A stretch of 64,000 bases of DNA from Trueperaceae bacterium (GTDB taxonomy: Bacteria; Deinococcota; Deinococci; Deinococcales; Trueperaceae), in contig OZ243927.1 in assembly GCA_965213925.1 (NCBI GenBank), positions 1,952,001 to 2,016,000 on the forward strand, given 5' to 3'. Below are positions 1-9,700 of the stretch, in pieces; position 1 is the stretch's first letter; the number at the start of each line of letters is the position of its first letter. The position numbers and the translations under genes were made by a program. The notes under the pieces were generated by a model. It had not been told where the DNA came from and searched no databases. It saw only the letters and a program-made list of their open reading frames with translations.

Positions 1-67
1 GCCGAGATGGTAATACCGTTTTCAGGTCATTCTCGTAGAAATTACCCCGAGCGCAACGAGTAGAAAC

Positions 68-134
68 TACGGACTCCGATGATTGTGGCGTCGACTCTGT
101 AAGCGTTTGCGTAATCATCAACCGGAATCCGTGT
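68..134. repeat. REP-like imperfect palindrome (TACGGA(C/T)TCCG family)
   Basis: tacggactccgatgat at 68-83 and atcatcaaccggaatccgtgt at 114-134 form an imperfect inverted repeat; the same core recurs at 16829-16863 and 40537-40553. Confidence 0.5.
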
Positions 135-224
135 AAGAACAAGCTCGGAGGAAAACACGGGAGGCGCAGTGACGCGACCCCGTCCTCTCACCGCTGACGC
201 GCTCACCGCATATAAAGGACATTT

Positions 225-1103
225 ATGCACCTAGACATAACGCACATCACCCAATATCACTACGGCGAGCCCGCTTGGGATTCGTTTAACGAACTCTGGC
301 TGCGCCCCGCCGACGACTACCGCCAGACCCTCCTAGCCTTCGAACTCACCATCAGCCCGAAAGCGCCTGTGCGCAGCCGCAAGGACTACTACGACAACCT
401 CATCCATCACTTCCATTTGCCGAGCGACCACACCGAGTTGCGCATCGAGGCGCGCTCACAGGTGCTGACCTACCCAACGCCTGCGCCCTTAGCGGTCTCG
501 GCGCAGACCCTCCCCGAGTTGCGACACCGCTTCTTCGAATATTTAGCGCCTACAAAGCGCGTCCCGATGAACCGCAACTGGCCTAGTGTCTTCGGCGCGC
601 TACCTCTCAAAGAGGACGACAATATGGTCACCTATCTGAACAACTTGAACATCTACCTCAACAACCACTTCATCTATAAGCCCAACGCCACCCGCGTTGA
701 CACCCCGCTCGTCGAGTTCGCTGAGAACAGCACAGGTGTCTGCCAGGACTTCGCCCACGCCATGCTCGCTCTGTGCCGCACCGCAAACATTCCCGCCCGC
801 TACGTTTCAGGCTATATTCACAGCAACCCGAACATACCTGATGAGGAGCTGATCGGCGCGGCAGCGTCGCACGCTTGGGTCGAGGCGTTCGTCCCCGGCA
901 GCGGCTGGGTCGGTTTCGACCCCACCAACGGCTGCCAAGTCACCGAAGCGCACATCAAAATCGGCGTCGGGCGCGACTACGACGACTTACCACCCGTGCG
1001 CGGCTTGCGGCGCGGCGGCAGAGACTCCTCACTCGATGTCGAGGTGCGGGTGCGCAAGTCTAAAGAGACGCACGTGAAGGCGGAGGGGTTCTCGAGGCTC
1101 TAA
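225..1103 (+). CDS. Transglutaminase-like family protein (bacterial N-terminal domain plus transglutaminase core)
   Basis: GVCQDFAH, SHAWVE and GFDPTN motifs (Cys-His-Asp triad); N-terminal ITHITQYHY; AAAGGA upstream. Confidence 0.9.
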   Translation: MHLDITHITQYHYGEPAWDSFNELWLRPADDYRQTLLAFELTISPKAPVRSRKDYYDNLIHHFHLPSDHTELRIEARSQVLTYPTPAPLAVSAQTLPELRHRFFEYLAPTKRVPMNRNWPSVFGALPLKEDDNMVTYLNNLNIYLNNHFIYKPNATRVDTPLVEFAENSTGVCQDFAHAMLALCRTANIPARYVSGYIHSNPNIPDEELIGAAASHAWVEAFVPGSGWVGFDPTNGCQVTEAHIKIGVGRDYDDLPPVRGLRRGGRDSSLDVEVRVRKSKETHVKAEGFSRL

Positions 1104-1106
1104 TCT

Positions 1107-1619
1107 TCACCCGAGCGTCTCAAAGTAGCGCTCATACGCCCGCTTCACTTTGGGGTCGAAGCAGACTAAATAGATTTCAGATGGACATGTGTCGTGAGAT
1201 TCGCAAAACTCGAGCACGCTATCAATGGCGACTTTCGCTGCTTGGTGGACCGGAAAACGGTACGCGCCGCAACTGATGGCGGGAAAGGCGATGCTATTGA
1301 CCTCATGCTCGTTGGCAAGCTCTAAAGACCTCTTATAACAGCTCGCCAATAGCTCGTGCTCGTTACTGTCGCCACTCTGCCACACCGGACCTACCGCGTG
1401 AATCACATACTTTGCAGGCAAATTGAAGCCATTCGTAATGACTGCCTCGCCCGCTGAGATAGGACCCAACTTGCGGCTCGCTTTGACGAGTTCTGGACCT
1501 GCCGCGCGGTTGATCGCACCGTCCACACCACCCCCACCACTAAGGGCAGAATTCGCCGCATTGACAACCGCGTCTACCTCAAACTTGGTGATATCGCCGT
1601 CTGTAATCTCGAGCGTCAT
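1107..1619 (-). CDS. ymdB: Macro domain protein, O-acetyl-ADP-ribose deacetylase (YmdB-like)
   Basis: GDIT, AVVNAAN, GGGGVDGAI, VIHAVGP and AFPAISCGAY motifs. Confidence 0.9.
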   Translation of the reverse strand: MTLEITDGDITKFEVDAVVNAANSALSGGGGVDGAINRAAGPELVKASRKLGPISAGEAVITNGFNLPAKYVIHAVGPVWQSGDSNEHELLASCYKRSLELANEHEVNSIAFPAISCGAYRFPVHQAAKVAIDSVLEFCESHDTCPSEIYLVCFDPKVKRAYERYFETLG

Positions 1620-1628
1620 AACGTTAGT

Positions 1629-2753
1629 CTACCGGTTTCTTTCCTCATAACGTGCCTCGACAAACCTCTTTAAGTTCTCCTTGAAACGCTCCTGACTAAA
1701 GGTGAGCGCGTGCGAGCGAATCTCGGCAGGTTTGAACCTCTCGCCGCTTTCTTCAAACCGCTCGAGCGCGTCAACCAGTGAAGAGACCTCTTGCGAGTCG
1801 TAGAAAACACCCGTCGGACTGTCCGCATCCAACCCTTTGACGGTCTCCAACACGCCACCTTTCGCAAAGGCAATGACGGGCGTGCCGCACGCTTGCGCCT
1901 CAACTGGGACGATGCCGAAATCCTCTTCGGCGGCGAACACAAACGCTTTAGCCCGCCGCATATGGTCTTTAAGTACCTCGAAGGGTTGAAAGCCCATCAG
2001 GGTGATGTTCGGCTCCGCGAAGGCGCGAACTTTGGTGAGGTCCGGTCCCTCGCCGATCACGACGAGCTTTTTGTCCGGCATTCGCGCGAACGCCTCCACG
2101 ATGAGGTCGATTTTTTTGTAAGGCACTAGCCTCGAGGCGGTAACATAAAAGTCCTCTTTCGCCTTTTGCAGTTCGAACGACGAGGTGTCCACCGGGGGAT
2201 AGATCACCTCCGCCTCGCGCCGATAGACCTTCCACACGCGCCGCGCGATGAAGTGCGAATTAGCGATAAAGTGATCCACCCCGTTGGCGGTTCCCAAATC
2301 CCAGCGCCGCATCCGGTGGAGCATGTAGCGCGCCGCCCAGCCCTTGAGACCTGTATCTAAATTCGCCTCCTTGAGATACTGATGCTGCAAATCCCAGGCG
2401 TAGCGAATCGGGGAGTGGACGTACGAGATGTGAAGCTGGTCGGGTCCGGTGATGACCCCTTTGGCGACGGCGTGAGAACTCGAGAGCACGAGGTCGTAGC
2501 GTGACAGGTCAAACTGCTCCACCGCGAGTGGCATGAGCGGCAGAAACTGCCGGTAACGCTTCTCGGCAAAGGGCAGACGCTGGATGAGGGAGGTCTGGAC
2601 GGACTTGTTGCGGATGAAGTCGCGCTCCCCCGTCCGCAAGAAATCGATGGTGCTGAAGAGGTCGGCGTCCGGGTAGAGGTCCAGCATCTGTTCTAATACA
2701 CGCTCGGCTCCGGCGTACGTGACGAGCCAGTCGTGGACGATGGCGACTTTCAT
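1629..2753 (-). CDS. GT4 glycosyltransferase (WbaZ-like mannosyltransferase)
   Basis: VHDWLVTYAGAERV, SSSHAVAKG and EDFGIVPVEAQACG motifs. Confidence 0.9.
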   Translation of the reverse strand: MKVAIVHDWLVTYAGAERVLEQMLDLYPDADLFSTIDFLRTGERDFIRNKSVQTSLIQRLPFAEKRYRQFLPLMPLAVEQFDLSRYDLVLSSSHAVAKGVITGPDQLHISYVHSPIRYAWDLQHQYLKEANLDTGLKGWAARYMLHRMRRWDLGTANGVDHFIANSHFIARRVWKVYRREAEVIYPPVDTSSFELQKAKEDFYVTASRLVPYKKIDLIVEAFARMPDKKLVVIGEGPDLTKVRAFAEPNITLMGFQPFEVLKDHMRRAKAFVFAAEEDFGIVPVEAQACGTPVIAFAKGGVLETVKGLDADSPTGVFYDSQEVSSLVDALERFEESGERFKPAEIRSHALTFSQERFKENLKRFVEARYEERNR

Positions 2754-2833
2754 TCAAGTGCCTTGTTGCTCTGTTCATTTTGTAGATTAAAGGTCATAGC
2801 GTCCATGAAACAGAACGTATCACTTTTATAGCT

Positions 2834-3184
2834 TCAGTGTGCTCGAGGCTCTTCACCTAATACCTGCGCTGCTATCGCAATCTCTTCCGGCGGCAACTCC
2901 TCACTACTCACCGTGATGGTCACCTTTTGCTGTAGCCTGCTGAGGAAGTGCATCAGCCGTTCGGCGGAGTAATGTTCTAGGCGCTGTCCTCAGCTCAGCG
3001 CGAACACGTCCGGCTGCTTGATGCCTAGCACCTCGGCGGTCTGCTGCTGCGTCCAGCCCCGTTGCTTCACAATGCGGTCGATGAGGTGGGTTAGCTTCGC
3101 TTTCAGTTGTAACTCTTCGGGGTTCTCGAGCCCCAGATCAGCGAAGACGTTGCCGCTGCTCAGGGTGTAATCTTGCTCGCTCAT
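2834..3184 (-). pseudogene. XRE/HigA-type HTH antitoxin with premature in-frame TGA
   Basis: SSGNVFADLG...TQQQTAEVLGIKQPDV, then TGA at 2990-2992; the frame continues as GQRLEHYSAERLMHFLSRLQQKVTITV to TGA at 2834-2836, completing the usual domain. Confidence 0.8.
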
Positions 3185-3324
3185 CCTTCTAGCTCCTTCA
3201 CTATCTCTTGCGCCCGCAACGTTTCAAGGTGGTACGTCACCGCTTCCCCTTTATCGGAGAAGTGTCCGGTTTCTACCCTCGACCTCGCAAAGGTTTGCAC
3301 CTGCTCAGAGAGTTCTAAATTCAT
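3181..3324 (-). pseudogene. Short ParD-like ribbon-helix-helix antitoxin fragment (47 aa)
   Basis: MNLELSEQVQTFARSRVETGHFSDKGEAV resembles the ParD-type N-terminus; stop overlaps the HTH gene start; no toxin gene adjacent. Confidence 0.5.
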
Positions 3325-3404
3325 CCTTCGGTTGTAGTCCTGTTTCACGTTGTGGTCAATGAGCGAGGATAAAGCTGCTCCATCAATCAGGTTAGTGCGA
3401 CGCT

Positions 3405-4499
3405 CTATGCGTCTAGCGTTTTCTCCAAAACCTCCAACGTCTTCTCGGCACAAGCTTCCCACGTGAACCGCCTTGCACGCTCTAACCCTTTTTGTCTAAG
3501 CGATGTTCGCAACGTTTTATCCTCCGTGAGCAAGACGAGCTTCTCCGCAATGTCCTCCGGGCTATGTGGATCGCAGTAGAGCGCAGCGTCGCCGCAAGCT
3601 TCGGGCAGCGAGGCGGCGTTCGAAACCAGAGCGGGGCAGCCGCACGCCATCGCCTCCAAAGGGGGCAGACCGAAGCCTTCGTAAAAGGAGGGCAGCGCGA
3701 GCGCGTCCGCGTGCTTGACGAACTGTTTTAAGTGCTCGTCCTGAACGAAACCCGTAAAGTGAACCCGCTCGCCTAGTGACTGCGCCAGTGCCGCAACCTC
3801 TTCGTCTGCTGTGAGGAGCCCTTCGCGCCGTCCGACGATGACGAGGTCGTGTGGGATTTTATGTTGCGCGAGCGCCAATGCCCGGACGAGCCCTCCTACG
3901 TTCTTGTGCGGCTTGACGCTGCCGACAAAGAGGATATACGGCTTTCCGTAAGGACGCGGTCTGTCGGGAACGTCGAACCACGCCTCATCCACGCCTATAT
4001 GAATCGGCGTCACCTCTTGCTTGCCCTGCCCTGTCAAACGTATAAGCTCATCTTTGCTGAATTCGGATACCGTCACGATGGCGTCGGCTTTCTGCCTGAC
4101 TGCGCGAAACATCCCTTTGGCGTAGAGTTTTTTCGGCACGCTCATATCCGGCTGGGCGAGGTGAAAAACGTCGTGGACGGTAACGAGGAGCTTGCCGCTG
4201 TAAAGAATAGGGACGTTGTAGTGCGGCGACCAGAAGAGGTCGGTTTCTGAGGGCGTTTTCTGGCGAAGCTCGAGCTGCTCCCTGACCGAATAAAGAGGTG
4301 AGCCGCAGTCCGTCACCGTAACGTTAGGGGCATCCGTCCAAGTGAATTTAGAGAGGTCAGCCGTAGACCCTAAGAGGTGAAACCTCAGCTTGGGCTTCGC
4401 CGCGACAAGCCTCGGCAAGAGGTTTTGAATATAGGTGCCGATGCCCGAGTTGTGCAAGGCGCGAACGTCAATAGTTAATATCTTAGGGGTGAGTGTCAA
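3405..4499 (-). CDS. GT4 glycosyltransferase (MtfB-like)
   Basis: SGIGTY, TVHD, KPHKN and EGFGLPPLEAMACG motifs. Confidence 0.9.
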   Translation of the reverse strand: MTLTPKILTIDVRALHNSGIGTYIQNLLPRLVAAKPKLRFHLLGSTADLSKFTWTDAPNVTVTDCGSPLYSVREQLELRQKTPSETDLFWSPHYNVPILYSGKLLVTVHDVFHLAQPDMSVPKKLYAKGMFRAVRQKADAIVTVSEFSKDELIRLTGQGKQEVTPIHIGVDEAWFDVPDRPRPYGKPYILFVGSVKPHKNVGGLVRALALAQHKIPHDLVIVGRREGLLTADEEVAALAQSLGERVHFTGFVQDEHLKQFVKHADALALPSFYEGFGLPPLEAMACGCPALVSNAASLPEACGDAALYCDPHSPEDIAEKLVLLTEDKTLRTSLRQKGLERARRFTWEACAEKTLEVLEKTLDA

Positions 4500-5805
4500 G
4501 TCTTGTATCCATATTCAAAGAAGAGGTGTAGCGCATTAAATACGTCGCTAGAGCGAGCACCGGAAAGAGCCAAAACTGGTAGAAAAGCACGTTGTTGAAC
4601 TGGCTCGTGAAGACGACAATCACCAAGAGGTAGAGTAGAAAGTAACGGAGGCAGCGGAAAGCGAAAGCGTGTTCGGGAGAAAGCCGCCGCCACAAGGTCA
4701 CGCCCCACGCCAAAACGAGCGCGGCGATAAAGAGCGTCCCCACTGCGCCAAAATTGACCAGAATCACCTGCAAAGACGAATCCAACGAGGTGAGCCCTCT
4801 CGCCCTTTGCGCGTAAATCAAGAGGTAATTGTAGCCTACACCGAAAAAGGGCTGCTCAGCGAAGAGCGAAAAGCCTAGCTCGAAAGAACTGAAGCGAGCT
4901 TGCGCCGAAGCGTCCGTGCTCACCGCCGCGATGCGCGACCAGGTGCGCGTGAGGGCGCTTAGATAAACCGGGCTGGCAAGCGCAAAGAGAAACAGCGCTG
5001 CAGGAATAACGGCGAGCAGTGAGCGCTTAACGCGCCGCTTCGTCACGAGGTGCAGCGCGCCCGACAGAGCGAACACGCCGACCACGGCAGCGAGGGTGGC
5101 GATACCGCTCCTCGAGCCCGTCAAGACCACCGACACCGCGAAGAGCCCCGCGAGCAGGAGATAGCGCGTTTTCCAAGCATGCTGATAGGCTAAAACGCTC
5201 AAAGTAAAAGGAAACACCGCGATCGCCCCGTAGTAGTTCGGGTCGAAGTAGGGCGAGACGAGTCGCCTTTGGTGCGGGTCGCCGAAAAACTCGACGCCGA
5301 AACCTCGCAAGAACGCCCAGAGGTCGCGAGAGTCTGGAAACATCACGTAGATGACGAAGGCAAGTAGCGCGGTGCAGAGGTACGTGACGAGAAAATACTC
5401 GAGTACTTTTAAGAGGTCGCGCCGAAAGAGGCTAAAGAGATAGTAGCCAGCCGTGAGCCCCGCCGCGACGAGAAGAACCAAGCGCACGCTGTAAAAGAGC
5501 GCCGACATGCTAAACCCATTGAGCATCGCTCCATAGACTGACGACAGAGCGAGAAAGAGCGTGAAGGGCAACAAGCTCCTCAGCAAGAAGAGGAGCAGCT
5601 TGCGGTGAAACATAAGACAGCCTACGGTAAGCGCGTAGAGCCCGAACTCGCTCAGGGGTAAGTTGTCCGTGCCCGGCGACGTCGGCACAAGCCGCGTGCT
5701 GTTGCCCAAGACAAGATAGAGAAACGAAAACGCCAAAAAAGCGTGCGGCAAGCGTAGCGCGTAGCCCGCCTCCGACTTGCGTAGCCCACGCACGTAAAGC
5801 GTCAC
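4483..5805 (-). CDS. O-antigen polymerase/ligase (Wzy/WaaL-like) family membrane protein
   Basis: About 11-12 hydrophobic segments; DPNYYG, TGSRSG and PFFGVGY motifs; lies within the GT cluster. Confidence 0.8.
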   Translation of the reverse strand: MTLYVRGLRKSEAGYALRLPHAFLAFSFLYLVLGNSTRLVPTSPGTDNLPLSEFGLYALTVGCLMFHRKLLLFLLRSLLPFTLFLALSSVYGAMLNGFSMSALFYSVRLVLLVAAGLTAGYYLFSLFRRDLLKVLEYFLVTYLCTALLAFVIYVMFPDSRDLWAFLRGFGVEFFGDPHQRRLVSPYFDPNYYGAIAVFPFTLSVLAYQHAWKTRYLLLAGLFAVSVVLTGSRSGIATLAAVVGVFALSGALHLVTKRRVKRSLLAVIPAALFLFALASPVYLSALTRTWSRIAAVSTDASAQARFSSFELGFSLFAEQPFFGVGYNYLLIYAQRARGLTSLDSSLQVILVNFGAVGTLFIAALVLAWGVTLWRRLSPEHAFAFRCLRYFLLYLLVIVVFTSQFNNVLFYQFWLFPVLALATYLMRYTSSLNMDTRLDTHP

Positions 5806-6722
5806 GTTCTCGCCTGCTTAGGTCTAAAGGATTCAAACACAAGCCCCAGAATCATCGGAATGCGTTCCCACTGCCTGCGCTGGACACGTTTAGCAAGCGT
5901 GACGAGCAGCCCGAGGTAGACGCTCGGCAGGGCTTCGGGCGCGTGTTTGCGCGTGTAGAGGAGGCGGTTGCGGACGCCGTAGTAGTCGGCTAAGCGGCTC
6001 TTCTTCGCGCCGTCGCTGGACGAACCTATAGACCCACCCTCTTTATGATAGACGACGCTCTTAGGCGCAAATGCGAGCGTGTAACGTCCCCTCGCCCGCG
6101 CTGCCCAGTCCACCTCTTCGTAGTAGAGAAAGTAGTCCTCCGACATGAGCCCGACCTCTTCTAAGAAGGGTCTCGAGACCAAACACGACGCGCCCACAAG
6201 GTAATCCAGTTGCGACTCGACCTCTTCGGTGTTGACCTCTTGACCTTTTGGCGCGTCCTGCCCGATGTGGCGCGAGGTGGAGAGCCACTTGTTATAGGTC
6301 GCGCCACCGTACGCCTGAACCCTGCTCCTGTCGTGATGATAGACGAGCGTGGAGCCGCAGAGCCCCGCATCCGATTTTTCTTGCATCCTCTTCACAAGCT
6401 CTGTAAGCGCGTCCGGCTCGACGAGCGTGTCGTTATTCAAAAGCCAAGCGTAGTCCGCGCCATGCTCAAGCGCATACCGCAAACCGACGTTCGTCCCTCC
6501 GGCGAAGCCCAAATTTGCTCCGCTCTGAATAATGATGTGCTGCGGATAGCGCCCTTTCAAGACCTCTTCTGAGTCGTCCGAGGAGTCGTTATCCACCACG
6601 ATAACTTCGAAGTTGGGATACTCGAGCCCCGCTAGCGACTCGAGGCAGTCCAACGTGTCCGCCAGCCCATTCCAGTTGAGGATGACGATAAAGACTTTGG
6701 GCGCAGCTTGAGATTCAGCCAC
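5802..6722 (-). CDS. GT2 glycosyltransferase
   Basis: ILNWNG, VVDNDS, NLGFAGG, LLNND and YFLYYEEVDW motifs. Confidence 0.9.
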   Translation of the reverse strand: MAESQAAPKVFIVILNWNGLADTLDCLESLAGLEYPNFEVIVVDNDSSDDSEEVLKGRYPQHIIIQSGANLGFAGGTNVGLRYALEHGADYAWLLNNDTLVEPDALTELVKRMQEKSDAGLCGSTLVYHHDRSRVQAYGGATYNKWLSTSRHIGQDAPKGQEVNTEEVESQLDYLVGASCLVSRPFLEEVGLMSEDYFLYYEEVDWAARARGRYTLAFAPKSVVYHKEGGSIGSSSDGAKKSRLADYYGVRNRLLYTRKHAPEALPSVYLGLLVTLAKRVQRRQWERIPMILGLVFESFRPKQART

Positions 6723-7599
6723 GTTTGCCCATCTTTCCCGTTAGAGCGTGCCAAAGTCCTTCACCTACTGCGGAGAGCTTCTCCCTTTTGCTCTCTTCGA
6801 TCAAAATAATCTTGCTGACCTCTTTGAAAAATCCGAGCATGTCCCGCAGCACCCAGCGCGTTTCTGATAGAAGATAACGGCGGTAAACCACAAGACGGTT
6901 GCGTGCGTTGTAGTAGCGGCGCAGCGGACTATGGTTTGTGGCGTGGAAGGTCAAGCCAAACCGCTCGTACTTCTCCGTCTCGCCTAAGTTGTGGTTCAGG
7001 ATAGCGGTGCGGGACTCGAGCACCCTAAACCCCTCACGTCGAGCACGTAAGCAGAACTCGTGGTCTACGTAGTCGATAAAGAGGTCTTCCTCGAAAAGTC
7101 CTATTTTAGCGAGTGCGTCCACTTTAACCAGATTTCCCGAAGTCATCGTTGAGATAATCTCTTGAAACGGTTCACCATCTTGTTCACCGTGTTGAAAGAC
7201 TGTCCCTGTCGCCTCGTCGCGGTAGACGGGGGAGAGAATAGCGATGTGCTCTCTATCGGGATAGAGATTGTACGTCTCCAACAACCTCTTCACAAATTCA
7301 GGCGGCGGCTTGCTGTCTTGGTCAAACGTAGCAATCCAGGTGTAGCCCCGTTCTAAAGCGTAGTTCGTGCCGATATTCAAGGCAGCGGCGACGCCTAAGT
7401 TCTCTTGGTTATAGAAAACTTTGACGCCACATTGTTCTATCTGTTGGATGGGTCCCAGGTCCGTAGAGGCATTATCCACCACCACGACCTCTTGCACTTG
7501 AGGGCGTAGGGCGGTGATGTTCTCGAGTAACCTCTCACCCGGATTGAAGGTCACGACAACAGCGCAGATACTACGGTTAGAATTCGTAGAGGAAGTCAC
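6715..7599 (-). CDS. GT2 glycosyltransferase (RfbF-like rhamnosyltransferase)
   Basis: VVTFNP, NLGVAAALN, FDQDS, LFIDYVDHE and RRYYNARN motifs. Confidence 0.85.
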   Translation of the reverse strand: MTSSTNSNRSICAVVVTFNPGERLLENITALRPQVQEVVVVDNASTDLGPIQQIEQCGVKVFYNQENLGVAAALNIGTNYALERGYTWIATFDQDSKPPPEFVKRLLETYNLYPDREHIAILSPVYRDEATGTVFQHGEQDGEPFQEIISTMTSGNLVKVDALAKIGLFEEDLFIDYVDHEFCLRARREGFRVLESRTAILNHNLGETEKYERFGLTFHATNHSPLRRYYNARNRLVVYRRYLLSETRWVLRDMLGFFKEVSKIILIEESKREKLSAVGEGLWHALTGKMGKRG

Positions 7600-7622
7600 G
7601 TTTACTTAGGTATAACGAGAAG

Positions 7623-8537
7623 TCAGGGCGTAACTCTGCGCCCACTTCTCCCTAGCAGTGCGTCTATACCCGCTTTAGAAATCATCGCCGCCTTCTCCTG
7701 ATGCTTTTCCTTGCCGAATATCTTCAAGAGTGCGCCCAAAACGATGACCTTCACCGCCTTGAACTTCGCGCCTATATACCCTTCGTGTTCGGCGCGTCGG
7801 AAGACGAGGTTGCGGTAGTCGTAGTAGAGCTTCCAACTCGGCTGCTCGGGCACGCTGACCTTGCGCCCTAAGATGTTCACGTCTTCGCGGGGGACTTTTT
7901 TCATGTCGGCGTGATAGATAGGTCCGTACGGAAGGCGCAGGATTTTCGCGCCCGCTTTGTGGATGCGGAAGGAATACTCCAAGTCGTCGTGGTAGATGAA
8001 GTAGTGCGCGTGCGGGTAGCCGATTTTTTCCACCAGCGTACGCGGCAGCGCCATGCCGACGAAGATGCCGAACTCTTCCTCGACGGGTTCAGTCGCCGCA
8101 AGTTCGCCTTTTTTCTCGTAAGGAAGCGACGGGTTGACAAGCGCATTTTTGCCGTCGTAAAAGTCGGCGAGCGCCTTGCACGCGCCCTCGGAGGGCAGCG
8201 CGTCGTCGTCCATCACCCAAATGAGGTCGCAGTCGATTTCGGCGGCACGTTTGAAGCCCGCGTGAAAGCCGCCCGCGCCGCCGGTGTTTTCAGACAGGAC
8301 GAGAAGCTCGAGCCCTGAATACTCCTGCGCCAACATCTCCGGTGTCCCGTCCGTACTCGCATTGTCCACAATCAGAATGTGACTCACCGGATAGGACTGA
8401 TTTAGAATGCCGTCCAAGCAGCGTTTTAAGAGTTCTTTGCGGTTATAGGTCACGACGACAGCGCAGATTTTCACCGTTTTCTTCGGCGCTTCCCTTTCGG
8501 GCACAACGCCCGTATCTCTCAGAGTAGAAGAGGTCAT
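7623..8537 (-). CDS. GT2 glycosyltransferase, probable galactofuranosyltransferase
   Basis: VVTYNRK, NTGGAGGF, WVMDDD and FIYHDDLEY motifs; overlaps the stop of glf. Confidence 0.8.
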   Translation of the reverse strand: MTSSTLRDTGVVPEREAPKKTVKICAVVVTYNRKELLKRCLDGILNQSYPVSHILIVDNASTDGTPEMLAQEYSGLELLVLSENTGGAGGFHAGFKRAAEIDCDLIWVMDDDALPSEGACKALADFYDGKNALVNPSLPYEKKGELAATEPVEEEFGIFVGMALPRTLVEKIGYPHAHYFIYHDDLEYSFRIHKAGAKILRLPYGPIYHADMKKVPREDVNILGRKVSVPEQPSWKLYYDYRNLVFRRAEHEGYIGAKFKAVKVIVLGALLKIFGKEKHQEKAAMISKAGIDALLGRSGRRVTP

Positions 8538-9649
8538 TTCACCATCCTTTCAAAGAGGCTCAGCGCCCGCCCCGTCGCTTGGTCCATGTTGTAGTATTTG
8601 TAGTCGCCTAAGCGGCCCGCGAAGATGACGTTGTCCTGCTCCTTCGCCTCTTCCAAATACTTCTCGTACACCTCGCGGTTTTCGTCGCGTGGAATCGGAT
8701 AGTACGGCTCGTTTTCGCCCAACACGTAGCGCTGTGGATACTCCGTGACGAGCGTGGTTTTGGGCAACTTCTGCCCCGTCAGATGCTTTTGCTCCGTCGT
8801 GCGGGTGAACTCGTACTCGTTCGGGTAGTTGACCGTGCCGACCTCTTGATGTTGCGCTTCGTCGAGCGTCGTCAATCCGAAGCGCACGCTCCGGTACGGC
8901 AGTGCGCCATGTTTATAACCAAAGTAGGCGTCGATCTGTCCGGTGTAGACCATCTGCTTGTACGTAACCTCTTCGGCAATATCCTGATAAGGCGTGTTGA
9001 GCAGCACACGGATGTTCGGATGCTTGAGCATCCGCTTGAAGAGCTGCGTGTAGCCGTATTTCGGAATCGCCTGGTAGGTGTCCTGAAAGTAGCGGTCATC
9101 GCGGCTGATGTGAACGGGCACGCGCCCCGTCACGGACGGGCTAAGCTCCTCGGGCGTCAGCTCCCACTGCTTGGTGGTGTAGCCGTAGAAGACCTTTTGA
9201 TAGATGTAGTCGGCGAGTTCTTGCAGCGGCTTGCTGTCACTCTCCCTCATCTTGAGAATCGGCACCTTGACGCCGAAGCCGTAGTGCTCTAGGAGGAGGC
9301 ACTCGAGCCGCTTCGCATAGTCCGGCGGAAAGAGCATATAGAGCGCGTTGAGGTTGAAAGGCAACGGCACTTTTCGCCCGTCCACCACGCCCAATACGTG
9401 GTGATAGTAAGGTCGCCACTCGGTGAAGTTGGATAGGTAGTCCCAGACCTTCTGCGAGTTCGTGTGGAAGATGTGCGGTCCGTACTTGTGGACGAGCACG
9501 CCGTATTCGTCGTGCTCGTCGTAGGCGTTGCCGCCGATGTGGTCGCGGCGGTCCACGAGGAGCACCTTTTGATCCAGTTGCGTGGCGATGCGCTCCGCCA
9601 ACGTCGCGCCTGTAAAGCCCGCGCCGACGATTATCCAATCTACATTCAT
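8534..9649 (-). CDS. glf: UDP-galactopyranose mutase
   Basis: GAGFTG, HIGGN, HKYGPHIFHT, LPYRS, EPYYP and GRLGDYKYYNMD motifs. Confidence 0.97.
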   Translation of the reverse strand: MNVDWIIVGAGFTGATLAERIATQLDQKVLLVDRRDHIGGNAYDEHDEYGVLVHKYGPHIFHTNSQKVWDYLSNFTEWRPYYHHVLGVVDGRKVPLPFNLNALYMLFPPDYAKRLECLLLEHYGFGVKVPILKMRESDSKPLQELADYIYQKVFYGYTTKQWELTPEELSPSVTGRVPVHISRDDRYFQDTYQAIPKYGYTQLFKRMLKHPNIRVLLNTPYQDIAEEVTYKQMVYTGQIDAYFGYKHGALPYRSVRFGLTTLDEAQHQEVGTVNYPNEYEFTRTTEQKHLTGQKLPKTTLVTEYPQRYVLGENEPYYPIPRDENREVYEKYLEEAKEQDNVIFAGRLGDYKYYNMDQATGRALSLFERMVK

Positions 9650-9700
9650 AGAGGTCTACTTTCTTTTGAAGTCGTTGTGAAATAGTTCATAGTCGCTCTA

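Noticed and set aside
42..230. 62-aa minus-strand ORF
   Set aside because: No recognisable motif; overlaps a REP-like palindrome and the start of the transglutaminase gene
2990..2992. In-frame TGA as selenocysteine or alternative genetic code
   Set aside because: The position is normally Arg, not Cys, and other genes here use TGA as stop; a nonsense mutation is simpler
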